Shown here: piece by piece, positions 1-13,402 of the stretch
Layout: each line of letters begins with the position of its first letter
Position numbering within the stretch: the stretch's first letter is position 1
NCBI RefSeq assembly: GCF_963921235.1
Contig: NC_086097.1
Location: forward strand, 248,498,001-248,562,000
Source of the DNA: Mobula hypostoma
Lineage: Eukaryota
DNA: 64,000 nucleotides
Direction: 5' to 3'
Translations under genes and position numbers: made by a program
Notes under the pieces: model-generated
Databases searched by the model: none
Seen by the model: the letters and a program-made list of their open reading frames with translations, nothing else
What the model was told of the DNA's origin: nothing

Positions 1-454
1 GTGACCACTACAGGCTTGTTATACTTGCATGATGCACCCTCAGCTCCAATGAAATGATTGTTCCAGAGTCAGAACCCCTATTAGCAATTAGCAAACACAC
101 AATCTTGAAGTGATCAGCAAAGATTTGACCTCTGCTAATCGCAAGCCACAAGCTGCCACAAAATAAAGCAATACATAATTTACTACTTTCACTTTTACCA
201 CACCCCCACTAATGTGACTCGTTACCATAATAAACCCTGCAGCACAGAATACGAAGCAGACAGAGAACAGACATGGCTCCTACACAAGTCCAAAGATCAG
301 ATCATCCACAGTTTGGACCACTGAATTGAGCAAGGTTTAGTAACCAAGTCTAACGTGTTCTTATGAGCACATTTTGACTTCTGTTCCTAATGTGGAAGTA
401 TTTGGGAGTTTGATATATATTGGCACAACTTTATCTAATTATAAATACTTCTTG

Positions 455-1080
455 GTTGCATTTTGATATGGTTATTGCTGAAATTGAAATCCATCTGCAC
501 GTCCCATTATTTTTATACCAGAAAACACAAAGGCCCATCACCTTAACCAAAGGAAGAACAAAACCAAGAGAAAATCCGCAGATGTTGGAAATCAAAGTAA
601 AACACACAAAATGCTGGAAGAACTCAGCAGGCCAGGCAGCATCTATGGAAAAGTGTAAACATTTTGTGCTGAGATTCTTCATCAGGACTGGCAAAAGAGA
701 TGAGAAGTGCGAGTTAGAAGATTGGGAGAGAGGAGCAGGAAGCACAAGGGGATAGGTGAAACTGGGAGGGGGAGGGGTGAAATCAAGAGCTGGAGGTCGA
801 CTGGTGGAAGAGATAAAGGTCTACAGGAGGAATTTGATAGGAAAGGATAGAAGGCCGTGGAAGAAAGGGAAGAGGGAGGAGGATCAGTGGGAGGTGATGG
901 GCAGGTAAGGAGATAAGGTGAGAGAGGGAAATGGGGAATGGGGAAGGAGAGGGCAATGACTGGAAGTTCGAGAAATCAATGTTCATGTCATCAGATTGGA
1001 GACTATCCAGATGGGAGACAAGGTGTTACTCCTCCATCCTGACTGCAGCCTCATCATGGCAGTAGGACAGGCCATGGACT
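455..1080 (-). mobile_element. Penelope-like element 3' fragment
   Basis: Terminal motif aaatgctggaagaactcagcaggccaggcagcatctatgga plus a purine-rich tract. It is the reverse complement of the element at 1140-1830. Confidence 0.7.
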
Positions 1081-1139
1081 CCCAGGACAGTCAGAATGGG
1101 AATGGGAGTTACTTCATTTACGTACTTACCATATTTTTA

Positions 1140-1830
1140 ATTGGCACACCTGGCCATATACATCTCCTTTCTCTCCTCTATTCAGGGCCCAAACAGTCCT
1201 TCCAGGTGAGGCAACACTTCACCTGTGAGTCTGCTGGGGTCATCTGTTGTGCTCCTGATGAGGCCTCCTCTACATTGGTCAGACCTGAGGTAAATTGGGA
1301 GGATGCTTCATCAAGCACCTCCTCATCATTCGTGACAAGTGGAACTTCCCAGTGGCCAAACATTTTACTTCCCATTCCCATTCCCATTCCGATGTCAATT
1401 TATGGCACCCTTTTGCGCCAAGAAGAGGCCACCCTCAAGGTGGAGGAACAACACCTCATATTCTGTCCGGGTACCCTCCAACCTGATGGCATGAATTTTG
1501 ATTTCGCCTTCCGGTGAACAAAATTTCCCCCTCTTTCCTCGATTCCACACTCTGACCTTCTCACCTGCCTATTACTTTCCCCTGGATGCCCGCCTCCTTC
1601 CCTTTCTCCTATTGTCCACTCTCCTCTCCTATCAAATTCTTTCTTCTCCAGTCCTTGACCTTTCCCACCCACCTGGATTCACCAATTACCTTCCAGCTCG
1701 TTGCCTTCCCCTCTTCCCACCTTTTCATTCTAGCTTTTCCCCCCTTCTCACTCTTGATAAACGGTCTCAGCCCAAAATCTAGACTGATTCTTTCCTATAG
1801 ATGCTGCCTGACCTGCTGAGTTTTGTGTGT
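1140..1830 (+). mobile_element. Penelope-like element, GIY-YIG remnant and 3' end
   Basis: Translates GPKQSFQVRQHFTCESAGVICC... (PLE GIY-YIG region), followed by a pyrimidine tract and the terminal motif gatgctgcctgacctgctgag. Confidence 0.75.
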
Positions 1831-2384
1831 GTTATTTATAGTGCTGTTTAAGAAAACAAAATATTGGAAATTAAGAGGAGTGAACAGCACGAGCTCACTG
1901 ACAAGACTATAAAACAAAGGGGTAGAATTAGCCCACTTGGCACATTGAGTCTGTTCGTGGCTGATTGAAATGAAAAGTACACGCATTGAACTGAAACGTA
2001 TACACGTAGTATTAACCAGTATTTCCATTCAACGTGATCAGTGAAGGTGAGGATATTTCCATAAAAAGAGAAGAACAGCTTTTGAGAAAGGTTTCAATCA
2101 AATTGTTCCTGGAACAATTCACTACCTGCTGAAGCAAGCCATAATCCTCTGCTTAAAACCTGCTTAAAACGTGAGTGCCTTATGATGCTTGCAGACCTCG
2201 AATATTCAAGTGAATTTGATGGTTAAAATGGGTGTAGGCTAAACCATTTGGCATCATTGTGTATGATGGGCTTCCTTCAAGTAAATGGAATATTTCCAGT
2301 CTGCAAGACCCATAAACAGAAAGCCCAGTTATGTTTAAGGTACAGAGTTAGATTAATTACTAGGCTGATATTTTTGAATGAACA

Positions 2385-2990
2385 ATAGGACATAGAACAG
2401 TACAGCACAGGAATAGACATTTAGCCCACAATGTTATGCCGAACCAGCTAAAAAGCAAATCAAAACACCCAAACACTAATTCCTCCTACCTACAGCATAT
2501 CCATATCTTCCATCTTCCTTACATCCAGGTGCCTATCCAAATGTCTCTTAAAAACTTCCTTTGCCTCTACCACCGTTCCGGGCAGCGCATTGCAGGCATC
2601 CACCACTCTGAGTGAAAAAGCTTACTCCACACATACCCCTCGAACCTATCCCCTCACCTTGAATGCATGCCCTTTGGTATTTGACATTTCAACCCTGGGA
2701 AACGGATATTCTCTGTCCACTCTTTCTATCCTATCTCATAATCTTATAAACCTCTGTCAGATCTCCCCTTGGTCTCCACCGCTCCAGAGAAAACAACCCA
2801 GGTTTATCCAGCCTCTTGTGTTAGCACATGCCCTCTAATGTGGGCAGCATCCTGGTAAACCTCTTCTGCACCCTCTCCAAAGCCTCAACATCCTTCCTAT
2901 AGTGGGGCAACCAGAAGTGTATACTACACTCCAAGCGTGGCCTAATCCGAGTTTTATAAAGTTGCGTCATAACCTCTTCATTTTTTCCCT
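2385..2990 (-). mobile_element. CR1 LINE 3' fragment
   Basis: RT C-terminal motif RPRLECSIHFWLPHYRKDVEALERVQKRFTRMLP and a CR1-type 3' tail. Confidence 0.85.
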
Positions 2991-2994
2991 CAAT

Positions 2995-3368
2995 GCTCAA
3001 CTCGACGGTGGTGTCTGAAAAGAGGATGCTGTCCAAGTTGCATGCCATCTTGGACAATGTCTCCCATCCACTACATAATGTACTGGGTGGGCACAGGAGT
3101 ACATTCAGCCGGAGACTCATTCCACCGAGATGCAACACAGAGCGTCATAGGAAGTCATTCCTGCCTGTGGCCATCAAACTTTACAACTCCTCCCTTGGAG
3201 GGTCAGACACCCTGAGCCAATAGGCTGGTCCTGAACTTATTTCCATCTGGCATAATTTACATATTATTATTTACTTATGGTTTTATCTATATTCTATTCT
3301 TGATTGGTGCAACTGTAACAAAACCCAATTTCCCTCAGGATCAATAAAGTATGTCTGTCTATCTATCT
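2995..3368 (+). mobile_element. Rex1/Babar- or L2-like LINE 3' fragment
   Basis: AILDNVSHPLH...PRCNTERHRKSFLPVAIKLYNS, aataaa and a (tctg/tcta)n tail. A near-identical copy lies at ~60452-60750 on the minus strand. Confidence 0.7.
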
Positions 3369-3474
3369 AACTAATAAAATACTTGACTCAGGAGTCTAAC
3401 AATAACAACATGAGAGTGACAAACAAAATCCATTAAATTATTGAATTCCACTGGAAAAAAATTCAACTTTGAAG

Positions 3475-4110
3475 GATGGAATGCTTGTTTTTATTAGTCA
3501 AGGCATTGAGTCCAAAAGTCAAGAAGTTATGTTGCAAGTTTATAGAACTCTGGCTTAGCCACATCTGGAGAATTGCACACAGTTCTAGTTGCCCCACTAT
3601 AGGAAAGATGTTGAGACTTCGGAAAGGGTGCAAAAGAGGTTTTCCAGGATGCTGTCTGGTTTAGAGGGCACATGCTATCACAAGAAGCTGGATAAACTTG
3701 GGTTGCTTTCACTGGGGCAGCAGAGGCTGAGGGGAGATCTGACAGAGGTTTATAAGATTAGGAGAGACAGAGATAGAGTGGACAGGGAGTGTCTGTTTCC
3801 CAAGGTAGAAATGTCTAATACCAGAGGGCAAGCATTAAAGGTGAGGGGCTATGTTCAAAGGGGATGTGAGGTGCAAGTTGTTTGTTTTTTTACTCAGAGT
3901 TGTGAATGTGCTGCCTAGTATGGTAGTTGAAGCAAATACATTACATTTTTAAGAGACAGTTAGATAGGCACATGAATATGAGGAAGATGGAGGGATCTGA
4001 ATGTTGTGTAGGTAGGAGGGATTCATCTTGGGGGGGGGGTTGATTTACTTTTAGCTGGGTTGGTATAATATAGTGGGCTGAGGGGCCTGTTCCTACGCTG
4101 TACTGTTCTA
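3475..4110 (+). mobile_element. CR1 LINE 3' fragment
   Basis: PHYRKDVETSERVQKRFSRML...RLRGDLTEVYKI. Confidence 0.85.
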
Positions 4111-4606
4111 TGCTAATAAAGCAGGGGCCACAAATTCATTTGTTCATAATCAGGGAATCTAAAATAGAGTTTCACCTCAAGAGATGTCATTGATCAGAGT
4201 CCTGAAAATGGGAATTATCAGCTCCAAAATGTGCTGAGATTAATTTGCATTTATGGTATAAGCTTAGCCATTCCAGAGTCATAATTCAGTCCGGTGGAAA
4301 TTCTCATAGCAAGACTGCAGGTGTTTTACTTTTTTTCTCTGTGGCAAACAGTAAGCTATCTAACAGTTATGTAGAACCAGAACACAAATAGTATGTTACT
4401 TAATCAGATTACACCTTCTGATGAAGGGCCTGGGCCTGAAATATTGATGGCTGCCTGACCCGTGGGGTTCCTCCAGCATTTCGTGTGTAATACAAATTAC
4501 GCTGTGTTTTGTAGACTGATGATAACAGGAGCCACTAAATTGTCTCCATTTTTCATTGCTTTCTCTGCAGATGTCTTCCTCGTATTTGTTTTAAATGACC
4601 AGTATT

Positions 4607-5286
4607 CTAATTAACCTGATTATCCAAAAAGGCTTTTTCTACTTTTTTCAATTTTTGCAGCTCGGCTTGAAGTTCCCAATATTTCAGATAAACCCACAAC
4701 AACCTGCCATTCTTTCTTTTGTCTGTGTTTTGTACATTTGCACAGTGTGTTTCATAGTTAAAGATATATTTCAAATCATTTTCGATGCCCAACTGTCTAG
4801 CAATTGGATTGGCAGCCGCTTTACTGAGCATCTTCCTCTCTAATTCAAGTCTTTCTTGTTTCGGACTAAAGAGACTGCAGAAAAGATTTTGCCTGTTGAC
4901 CAGGGAATTTTCATATTCTGTTATGAGTGCTCTAGCTTGAGTTTCCCACTCTCCTTCTTTCCGCACCAGATCTCGATACAGAACCCCGGCTACTCCTGAC
5001 CGTAGCAGGGAGCGCTTTTCCCCCTCTATATTTTTACGCTCTTGTTCCAGCTGCCGGCGTTCTTCAACTAGCCGGTGGCTCTGTGCAGAAAGTGCTTCAC
5101 GATAACTTTGGACTTTGCTTCTGAGCTTCTCCTGCTCCAGCTCACAGCGTGCAAGTGAACGTCGATTCTGAACAATGATGTCTTCATACATCAATTTCAG
5201 ATTTTTCTCTGTAGTTTCTATCGTGTTCTTGCATGCTGTTTTCACTTGTTCTATTTCTTTCTGCGATTCTCTTGACCAGATCCATC
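4607..5286 (-). CDS. CCDC127: Coiled-coil domain-containing protein 127, last coding exon
   Basis: Minus-strand acceptor tttttttaag|GA at 5287/5286. Translates (R)WIWSRESQKEIEQVK...RQNLFCSLF...KNGRLLWVYLKYWELQAELQKLKKVEKAFLDNQVN*, matching the CCDC127 C-terminus as I recall it (WIWSRESQKE, NGRLMWLYLKYWEL). Stop TAG at 4607-4609. Confidence 0.96.
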
Positions 5287-5364
5287 CTTAAAAAAATTAA
5301 AGCGGCTTTCAATTGCAACTAGATTCATTTCTAGAGAGCAAATATAACTTTCCAGGATAAAATT

Positions 5365-6480
5365 TTATGGTGTTACAGGAAAGATACTGGCATGGATAAA
5401 GGGATGGCTGACAAGAAGCAGCGAGTAGGAATAAAGTTTTCTGGTTGGCTGCCAGTGATTACTGGTGTTCCTCAGGGGTCAGTAGTGGAACTGCTACTTT
5501 TCATATTGATGGTGAAAGATTTGGATAATGAAACTGATGGCTTTGTGGCAAAGTTTACGGATGATACAAAGATAGGTGGAGGGGTAGGTAGTGTTGAGGA
5601 AGCAATGCGATTGCAGCAGGACTTAGACAAATTGGAAGAATGGGCAAAAAAGTGGCGGATGGGATACAGTGTTGGGAAATGTATGATAATGCATTTCGGT
5701 AAAAGGAACGATAGTGTGGACTATTATCTAAATGGGGAGAAGGTTCAAACATCAGAGGTGCAGAGGAACCTCGGAGTCCTCATGTAAGACTCCCAGAAGG
5801 TTATTTTACAGGTTGAGTCTGTGGTAAAGAAGGCAAATGCAATGTTGGCATTTATTTCAAGGGGAATAGAATATAAAAACAAGGAGATAATGTTGAAGCT
5901 TTATAAAACACTAGTCAGGTTGCACTTGGAGTATTGTCAACAGTTTTGGGCCCCATATCTCAGAACGGATGTGTTGTCATTGGACAGAGTCCAGAGGAGG
6001 TTCATGAGGATGATTCCGAGAATGAAGGGGTTAACACATGATCGTTTGGCAGCATTGGGCCTGTATTCACTTGAATTTAGAAGAATGCGGGGGGTGGGGT
6101 GGGGGAAATCTCATTGAATCCTACTGAATGTTGAAAGGACTAGACAGGGTGGATATGGAGAGGATGTTTCCTGTGGTAGGGGTATCCAGATCTAGCGAGC
6201 ACAGCGTCAAAACTGAGGGGCAACCCTTTAGAACAGAGGTAAGAAGGACATTTTTATTAATCAGAGGGTAGCTCTGCCACAGATTGCGGTGGAGGGCAAG
6301 TCCATGGGTATATTTAAGGTGGAACTTGATAGGTTCCTGATTGGGCAGGGCATCAAAGAATATGGCGAGAAGGCAGGTGTATGGGATTGAGTGGATCTGG
6401 GATCAGCCATAATTGAATGGCGGAGCAGACTCAATGGGCTGAATGGCCTAATTTTGCTCCTGTGTTTTATGGCTTTACGG
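5365..6480 (+). mobile_element. CR1 LINE RT fragment in CCDC127 intron 2
   Basis: GVPQGSVV, KFTDDTKIGG and LHLEYCQQFWAPY motifs, with stops and frameshifts. Confidence 0.9.
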
Positions 6481-6879
6481 TCCATTAGACTAAAAGACTT
6501 TCAAGTCCCTCCAGCATTTTACAAATGCGAGAAGATCTGCAGATGCTGGAAATCCAAAGCAACACACACAAAATGCTGGAGGAACTCAGCAGGCTAGGCA
6601 GCATCTATGGAAATGAATAAACAGTCAACTGAGGACTGAGAGGGAAGGGACAAGATGCCTGAATTAGAAGGTGGGGCAGGGGAGAGAGGCTGGCTGGAAG
6701 GTGATAGGTGAAACTAGGTGGGGATCCCCTTCCCTTTTTGTCCACACCCCTCTTCTCCAGCCCTTAATCTTTCCCACCTGGCTTCACCTAGCCTCTCTCC
6801 CCTCCCCACACCTTCTAATTCAGGCATCTTGCCCTATTCCTCTCAGTCTTCAGTCGACTGTTTACTCTTCTTAATTAAG

Positions 6880-8170
6880 AACACAAGAAATAGGAGCAAG
6901 AGTCGGCCATCTGACCCATCGAGCCTGCTCCGCCATTCAATAAGAACATGGCTGATCTGACCATGGACTCATCTCTATTTACCTGCCTTTTCCCCATAAC
7001 CCTTAATTCCCCTACTATGCAAAAATCTATCCAACCTTGTTTTAAATATATTTACTGAGGTAACCTCCACTGCTTCATTAAGCAGAGAATTCCACAGATT
7101 CACAACTTTTTTGGAAAAGCAGTTCCTCCTCATCTCCATCCTAAACCTACTCTCCTGAATCTTGAGGCTATGTCCCCCAGTTCTAGTCTCACCTACCAGA
7201 GGAAATAACTTTCCTGCCTCTATCTATCTATCCCTCCTGAATTCCAATGAGTACAGTCCCAGGCGACTCAATCTTTCCTCATAGTCTAATCCCCCCATCT
7301 CTGGAATCAACTTGGTGAACCTCCAAAGCAAGTATATCCTTCCTCAAGTAAGCAAACCAGAACTGCACACAGACTCCAAGTGCAGCCCCACCAGTCCCCT
7401 GTTCTGCAGCCGTAACACTATCTCTGATCAACAGTGCCATGCCCCCCACCTCTTATGCCTCCCTCCCTGTCCTTTCTGAAATATCTAAAGCCTGGCACTT
7501 GAAGTAGCCAATCCTGTCCCTGAGCCATCCAAGTCTCTGTAATGGCCACAATATCATAGCTCCAAGTACTGATCCGCACTCTAAGCTCATCTGCTTTGTT
7601 CAGAATACTCCTTGCATTAAAATACACATCTCAACCCACTGGTCTGAGCACGTCCCTTCTCTATCACCTGCCTATCTTTCCTCTGGCACTGTCTCCAAGC
7701 TTTCTCTATCTGTGAGCCAACCGCTCCTTCCTCCGTCACTCAGTTCGGTTCCCACCCCCAAGCAATTCTAATGGCCTTTGCAAACCTCCCCGCCAGGACA
7801 ATGGTCCCCCTGGGATTCAGGTGCAACCTGTCCTTTTTCTACAGGTCCCACCTGCCCCAGAGGTCCCAATGATCCAGAAATCTGAATCCCTGCCCCCTGC
7901 TCCAAACCCTCAGCCAAATCTAGCTTCCTTCTCTTTTTTGCTCGCTTAGTGGTTCTTCAATACTCTTGGCGACTTTGTATGCACAGGCTTTTAGTTTGAT
8001 GCCCTCTTTCATTATCCAAGGCTGGCTCTCCCTACTCTTCTACCTTACTTTTAATTGGAATACACTGTGAAAAATCTCTTTGAAAGTCGTCCACTGTTCC
8101 TCAACCGTCCCACCATATAGTTCCCAAATATAGCAGCCAAATCCTCCCTCATCCCATTGTAGTTTCCATC
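6880..8170 (-). mobile_element. Several CR1 fragments (3' end and APE domain)
   Basis: CR1 3' tail near 6880. APE N-terminus YFNARSILNKADELRVRI...AITETW at 7418-7627. Confidence 0.75.
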
Positions 8171-8491
8171 GTCCTGCATAAACGATGATGCTGCCTGATC
8201 TGCTGAGTTTTCATAGATCTGCTTCAATTGATGCTGCCTGATCTGCTGAGTTCCTCCAGCATTTTGTGTGAATTGCTCAAGATTTTCAGCATCAGGGATT
8301 ATAAAACGAAGGGAGTTAAAATATCTTTTTGAAAACTTCCACTGGCTGAAGAATCCAAAAGTTTATTTTGCATTTCTGCATAATTGTTTTTTATAACCAT
8401 AAGCCAGCTTTTACTACTGAAGAAGACCAAATCCACTCTAAATATTGTGGTACAACCAGGAAACAATTCTAATACAAATCAACACACTTAC

Positions 8492-8615
8492 GGAAGGCAG
8501 CAAGAGCCAACATAGGAACTAGTAGAGCGTAATTCCATTTGCTTCCACCGCCTTCTCCATCTCTGCGATTGGGCAAGATATTCCAATTCTCTCCTGGTGC
8601 ATTCAGATTATTCAT
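8492..8615 (-). CDS. CCDC127: CCDC127 first coding exon (5' UTR part extends to ~8654)
   Basis: ATG at 8615 gives MNNLNAPGENWNILPNRRDGEGGGSKWNYALLVPMLALAAF, versus human MNNLNDPPNWNI...WNYALLVPMLGLAAF. Phase-1 donor C|GTAAG joins GA of the next exon to make Arg. Acceptor ttttcctgcccag near 8655. Total CDS 804 nt, 267 aa. Confidence 0.95.
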
Positions 8616-9161
8616 GGGGTCTCAGTTTGCTGCTGATAACAACGATACCTGGATCTGGGCAGGAAAAATAAAGCAAATATTTCTCCAAAAGTGATAAACA
8701 GATAGAACTGCAGTGGCTTGTATCATTAAAAACAGTCCTTGCAACTCCTCAGTCAATGATATGCTGCAAACACAATACCACTGACATTTCAAATTCTGGC
8801 AATGGTGACTGAAGTGGAAGATAATGGAACCAAAAGATTAACATGATCAACAAGTTCCATTTTGAAGAAGCTGATGATCTAATTGCTTTTAACATTGCCC
8901 CTCTTGTTTCAAACAAATGCACTTTAAAAATTAACTTGTACTATATGAAGCTCGTGCCATAAACTGAGCTGGAATAAATATCTTTTTGACGTGTCACAGG
9001 TCACATGCCATACTCTGCCCTTTTTCATAAAACTTTTAGAAACCTGCTTTTCAGAATCAGGTTTAATATCACTGGCATATGTCGTGAAATCTGTTAACTT
9101 TGCGGCAGCAGTATAACACAATAGATGATAATAGAGGGGAAAAAATGTAAATTACGGTATA

Positions 9162-9995
9162 CAGTCGGCCCTCCTTATCCACGAGTTCCGCATGCGCGAA
9201 TTCAACCAATCGCGAATCGAGAAAACCCGGAAGTGCTCTTCCAGCACTTGCTGTTCAAGCATGTACAAACTTTTTTTTCTTGTCATTATTCCCTAAACAA
9301 TGCAGTATAACAACTATTTTACATAGCATTTACATTGTATTAGGTATTATAAATAATCTAGAGATGATTTAAAGAATACGGGAGGATGTGCATAGGTTAT
9401 CGTGGATCGGGATCGAAAAAAAAACATTAGTTCTCTTACTAAGTAAGTTGGAACAGGTACATCCGGTATTATTTAGTGTCAGTTAGTCAAACATTTGTCT
9501 TAGTATATAGTATATATTTTACCTTTCTATGCATATAAAATACTTAAGAAACGTATGTTTCAGTGCCGGGCTTGGGAACGGAAGTTCCTGAGTTCGATCC
9601 AGTGACAGACCGCTCTCCATTGTGCCGGATTAATATGGAGGATCAAAAACCCAAAACCCAATAATTAAACCATTGCATTGCTTAGTAATAATTGTAGCTT
9701 TAATTGGGCAGGGCCTTTCCCATTTTATCCTTTAAAATTGTTCCGATCGTTGACTGACTGTAGCCTAACGCTTTTCCAATGACCGATGGCGTTTCACCTC
9801 TTTCTGATCACTTTATTTTCAATCATGATCGTGATTATTTTCGTGAACAGAAACACTGCGGATTCAGAGCTCCGCCGCCGGGTCCTAATGCCCACCGCAC
9901 TGAGACAGGTTGAATAAGGGACATGAGCATCCGTGTGTTTTGGTATCCGCGAGGGGTCCCGGAAGCAATTCCTCGCAGATAAGGAGGGCTGACTG
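9162..9995. mobile_element. Non-autonomous Tigger/pogo-like DNA transposon (MITE)
   Basis: TIRs CAGTCGGCCCTCCTTATCCACGAG and (reverse complement) CAGTCAGCCCTCCTTATCTGCGAG, flanked by TA on both sides. No transposase ORF. Confidence 0.9.
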
Positions 9996-10011
9996 TATGT
10001 ACATACACACA

Positions 10012-10250
10012 CAGTTGCACAAAACGTTTGTGACCCCTTTGAAGTTACTTGGTTTTCTGCACTAATTACTCATAGAATATGGTCTGATCTTCATCCAAGT
10101 CACAATAATAGACAAACACACTCTGCCTAAACTAAAAACACACAAACAATTGTACTTCTTCTCGTCAATATTGGGTACACCATTTAATTAACCACAGTCT
10201 AGGTTCAAAAAAACTATGTAAACCTCTGGGGTAATTCATTCTACTAAAGA
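10012..10250. mobile_element. Tc1-like element end fragment
   Basis: Starts cagttgcacaaaacgtttgtgacccct, resembling fish Tc1 terminal repeats. Only one end is seen. Confidence 0.45.
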
Positions 10251-11434
10251 CCAACGACGGGACCCGAGGTCATGAATAACTCCATCTCAAAGCAGCAAGG
10301 AAGACTGAAGCATCGAGGTGAAGACGTTCGGACCCGGTCAGCAATCGCTCTCATCAGGGCCAGAGGGTCAGCGATCGCTCCCAACAGAGGCCACCATTCG
10401 GACCAGGCATGAGTTCTGAGTCACAACTGTTCGATGTTCTGAAATTTATGTGATCAGACTGTACTTTACATTGTCCTCCTTCAGCTTTTGGTGTTTTGTT
10501 TCTTTTGGCCGATTGGTGGATGGGTGATCTGTAAGCTCTTTGTGTGTCTGTGGGGGTTGGGGGGGGTCATGGGGGTTTTTGATGCAACTGTCATTTTTCC
10601 TTTTTGCAAGTGAGGGGGTTGGTGGCTGCTTTTTTCTCTGTGGGGGAGGGGTTGAGGATGTGTTGCTATTGTCACTGACCTTTTCTCTGCAAATGAGGGA
10701 GTGGGTGATTGTTATTATCACTGTCTTTTTTTCTGCGAGTGAGGGGGTCAGAGATTGTCTTGTTGCTTTTTTTTCCTGTGGAGGGTGTTGGGGATCGTTA
10801 TTGTTGCTCTTTTTCTGTGGGGAGAGGGTGGGGGATTCTGGTGTCTGTGTGTCTTGTTTCTTTTAATTTTTCAAGTGTATTTCATGGCTACCTGGAGAAG
10901 ACGGATATCAGAGTTGTATTGTACATGTATACTTTGACAATGAAATGAACCTTTGAACCTTAAACTTCCTCGAAACTCTCCAAGATTGGTTAGACATGAC
11001 CTACCACACACAAAGCCCTGCTGACTATCCTTAATCAGTCCATGTCTATCCAAATACTTATATATCCAGTCCCTTAGAACACATTTCCAGTAAATTTCCC
11101 ACAACTGATGGCACTCACCGGCCTATAATATCTTGGTTTCTGTTTAGAGCCTTTTTTAAACAGCACAACAACACTGGCTGTCCTCCAGTCTTCTGGAACC
11201 TCTCCTGTTGCTGAGGGTGCTTTAAATATCTCTGCCAGGGCCCCAGCAATTTCTGCACTTGCCTCCCGCGGGGTCCGAGGGAACACCTTGTCAAGTTCCA
11301 GGGATTTATCTACCTTGATTTGTCCCAGGATAGCAAACACCTCCACTGTAATCTGTACAGGGTCCATGAAGTTGTTGCTGTTTTGCCTCACTCCTATAGA
11401 CTGTATTCATCTCCCGTATAAATACAGATACAAG

Positions 11435-12708
11435 AATGTGCATGGTAGGTCATGTTTGACCAATCTATTGGAGTTTTTCGAGGAGGTTACCAGGAAAGTG
11501 GATGAAGGGAAGGCAGTGGATGTTGTCTATATGGACTTCAGTAAGGACTTTGACAAGGTCCCGCATGGGAGGTTAGTTAGGAAAATTCAGTCGCTAGGTA
11601 TACATGGAGAGGCGGTAAATTGGATTAGACATTGGCTCAATGGATGAAGCCAAAGAGTGGTAGTAGAGAATTGCTTCTCTGAGTGGAGGCCTGTGACTAG
11701 TGGTGTGCCACAGGGATCAGTGCTGGGTCCATTGTTATTTGTCATCTATATCAATGATCTGGATGATAAGGTAGTAAACTGGATCAGCAAATTTGCTGAT
11801 GATACAAAGATTGGAGATGTAGTGGACAGTGAGGAAGGTTTTCAAAGCTTGCAGAGGGATTTGGACCAGCTGGAAAAATGGGCTGAAAAATGGCAGATGG
11901 AGTTTAATACAGATGAGTGTGAGGTATTGCACATTGGAAGGACAAACCAAGGTAGAACATACAGGGTAAATGGTAAGGCACTGAGAAGTGCAGTAGAACA
12001 GAGGGATCTGGGAATACAGATACAAAATTCCCTAAAAGTGGCGTCACAGGTAGATAGGGTCGTAAAGACAGCTTTTGGTACATTGGCCTTTATTAATCGA
12101 AGTATTGAGTATAAGAGCTGGAATGTTATGATGAGGTTGTATAAGGTATTGGTGAGGCTGAATCTGGAGTATTGTGTTCAGTTTTGGTCACCAAATTACA
12201 GGAAGGATATAAATAAGGTTGAAAGAGTGCAGAGAAGGTTTACAAGGATGTTGCCGGGACTTGAGAAACTCAGTTACAGAGAAAGGTTGAATAGGTTGGG
12301 ACTTTATTCCCTGGAGCGTAGAAGAATGAGGGGAGATTTGATAGAGGTATTTAAAATTATGATGGGTATAGATAAGAGTGAATGCAAGCAGGCTTTTTCC
12401 ACTGAGGCAAGGGGAGAAAAAAACCAGAGGACATGGGTTAAGGGTGAAGGGGAAAAGTTTAAAGGGAACATTAGGGGAGGCTTCTTCACACAGAGAGTGG
12501 TGGGAATATGGAATGAGCTGCCAGACAAGGTGGTAAATGCGGGTTCTTTTTTAACATTTAAGAATAAATTGGACAGATACATGGATGGGAGGAGTATAGA
12601 GGGATATGGTCCGTGTGCAGGTCAGTGGGACTAGGCAGAAAATGGTTCGGCACAGCCAAGACGGGCCAAAAGGCCTGTTTCTGTGCTGTAGTTTTTCTAT
12701 GGTTTCTA
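11435..12708 (+). mobile_element. Younger 5'-truncated CR1 LINE nested in the older CR1
   Basis: 325-aa RT ORF with GVPQGSVLGP and FADDTK, plus a (ttctatgg) tail. Confidence 0.93.
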
Positions 12709-12984
12709 ATGCATTTAAGGTCTCCTCCATCTGTTTTGGCTCCGCACATGGATTACCATTCTGGTCTTCCATAGGACCAACTTTGTCCCTTGCAATCCTT
12801 TTGCTCTTAACATACCTGTAAAATCCCTTAGGATGCCCCTTCACCTTGTTTACTAGAGCAACTTCATGCCTTCTTTTACCCTTCCTGACTTCTTTCTTGT
12901 CTTTACTCGCATTTCTTGTACTCCGTAAGTACCTTAATTGTTCCTGCTTGCCCAGACTTGCTATGCACCTCCTTTTTTCTTCTT

Positions 12985-13402
12985 TTATGAAAACAGGTTG
13001 AGTGAACTCGGCCTTTTCTCCTTGGAGCGACGGAGGATGAGAGGTGACCTGATAGAGGTGTATAAGATGATGAGAGGCATTGATCATGTGGATAGTCAGA
13101 GGCTTTTTCCCAGGGCTGAAATGGCTGCCACAAGAAGACACAGGTTTAAGGTGCTGGGGAGTAGGTACAGAGGAGATGTCAGAGTTAAGTTTTTTACACA
13201 GCGAGTGGTGAGTGCGTGGAATGGGCTGCTGGCAACGGTGGTGGAGGCGGATATGATAGGGTCTTTTAAGAGACCTTTGGATAGGTACATGGAGCTTAGA
13301 AAATAGAGGGCTATGGGGAAGCCTAGTAATTTCTAAGGTAGGGGCATGTTCGGCACAACTTTGTGGGCCGAAGGGTCTGTATTGTGCTGTAAGTTTTCTA
13401 TG
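12985..13402 (+). mobile_element. CR1 3' fragment, nested
   Basis: YENRLSELGLFSLERRRMRGDLIEVYKMMRG. Confidence 0.88.

Noticed and set aside
1..420. Exon of a neighbouring gene (LRRC14B is the neighbour in human)
   Set aside because: I could not recognise any leucine-rich-repeat coding sequence or exon structure here.
4595..4843. Plus-strand hydrophobic 82-aa ORF
   Set aside because: Antisense shadow of the CCDC127 coding exon.
10440..10960. Cys/Gly/Phe-rich ORFs
   Set aside because: GT-rich low-complexity 3' tail of a LINE-like repeat. Similar tracts occur at ~23930-24200 and ~49230-49550.
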